From the NCBI RefSeq assembly GCF_006345805.1, contig NC_043002.1, positions 24,738,001-24,802,000 of the forward strand: a stretch of 64,000 nt of DNA, written 5' to 3'. Of the stretch, positions 62,706-64,000 are shown one piece after another. Position 1 is the stretch's first letter. Each line of letters begins with the position of its first letter. The stretch is from Octopus sinensis. Lineage: Eukaryota. Below the pieces are notes generated by a model. It was given only the letters and a program-made list of their open reading frames with translations. It was not told the origin of the DNA and did no database searches. Position numbers and translations under genes: made by a program.

Positions 62706-64000
62706 GTGAGATAACATTTATTTATGTACATTGGCAGACGAAACTCCACCTGCATATTATTTACATAATATCGATAGTTTTTTCCAACCTGTGTTGATAC
62801 ATTTTATAATTCTATTGTGTGAATCAAAATATGAACGTTGACGCCAAGACACTTGCTAACTCAGCAAATTGATTTGGTAAGGATAATGTTCTTGGATGGG
62901 CGGACGGATGCCAATATGTTTTGGTGTAGATTCTTTTAAAATTAAAACAACACTGGTTTTTATATTACGTATTCCTTTTTTTATTACAAAAAATAGTCCT
63001 CGGATTTTAATGTTTTGAACATCAGGGATTTTCCATTTTCATATGTAATAAACTGAAAATGAAATAACAGTGCTGATAATTTCTTGAAGTGAAACAATAC
63101 CGCTTTCAAATGCAGTTGTCTTCATCATCTTACATCCACTTTCCATGCTGATATGGCTTGGACAGCGAGACATAAATAGATGGATTGCTCCAGTTTCTCT
63201 GTTATTTTGCTTGGTTTCTATGGCTGGATGGCCTTCCTAACACAAACCTCTTTATAGACTGTATTTGTGCTTTTTTTTCGTGACACTAGCACTAGCTTAG
63301 AGGGTGAAAAAGAGAATGGACGGAGTTATAACTTCAGGTGAGGTGTTGGAAAAAGTTGTATACTGGGCGGAATGGATGTATTGTTGGAAGAAGTTACAGT
63401 ATGATGGGAGGAATGGATTTATTGTTGTTTTTGGAGGGTGTTAGAAAGATTAATTGAGGGCGAGGTGGAAGAGCCGGAGCACATTCCCAAAGTAACGTGC
63501 TTTACAAGGTGACTACAAAAGAACATGGTAATTATTCTGTTACTAAAGAACAATATACTCCTCTTCTTAGAGAGAGTGAACCTAATATTCAAAACTGTAT
63601 AATTAAGAAATTAATATTAAGCATTCAGAGTTAATATATAATTTAACTCCCGGTTACCAAAAAAAAAAAAAAAAATGTGTAAATAGGTGTAAATAAATGT
63701 GTAGAAAACGAATAGGAAAACAAAAATTTACGGTGGTGAGAGAGCTTTCGGAAAATTCACAAGATCCGATTTTCCCCTCATAACTTTCAGGAAAATGGAT
63801 ATCCTTTTAATGAAATTTTACAGAAACACCTTTCAAACCGCATAGCTTACGATTATGAAGAAATTTTAGGGGAAAATGTTTTCTGAAGGGGTGAGGAGAA
63901 GACTGTCGGAAAATTCACACGATCCGTTTTTTCCCCTCATAGCTTTCAGGATCTAGTTAAGCACCCGGTCACCAAAACAAAACGAAAATGAAAACAAAAA

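Overview
AT-rich eukaryotic DNA, most consistent with an octopus (coleoid cephalopod) genome; this is inferred from the SINE tails, the (TA)n density and the zinc-finger cluster, not from a database search. The backbone is a cluster of five paralogous C2H2 zinc-finger genes with 14, 9, 13, 13 and 15 fingers, no recognisable effector domain, and orientations -,+,-,-,+. The fourth gene carries a single-base frameshift. All five share a non-coding architecture visible in the sequence: a sense-oriented CTRTACTTCCKGT (ETS-type) motif, a purine-rich non-coding exon 1, a 2-5.4 kb intron, and a homologous acceptor starting a 5'UTR+CDS exon. A probable sixth promoter/exon 1 lies at the window end. The rest is a transposon mosaic: tRNA-derived SINEs, CR1/L2-, RTE- and Tx1-like LINE remnants, Helitron remnants, Tc1/mariner elements, a decayed hAT transposase split by a solo LTR, MITEs, and a 1.9-kb foldback element. 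The most notable hidden structure is a type I hammerhead ribozyme (15172-15216, minus strand) inside a Penelope/retrozyme-like element whose interleaved inverted repeats imply a ~349-nt monomer, stacked with related elements in a (TA)n tract upstream of the first ZNF promoter.
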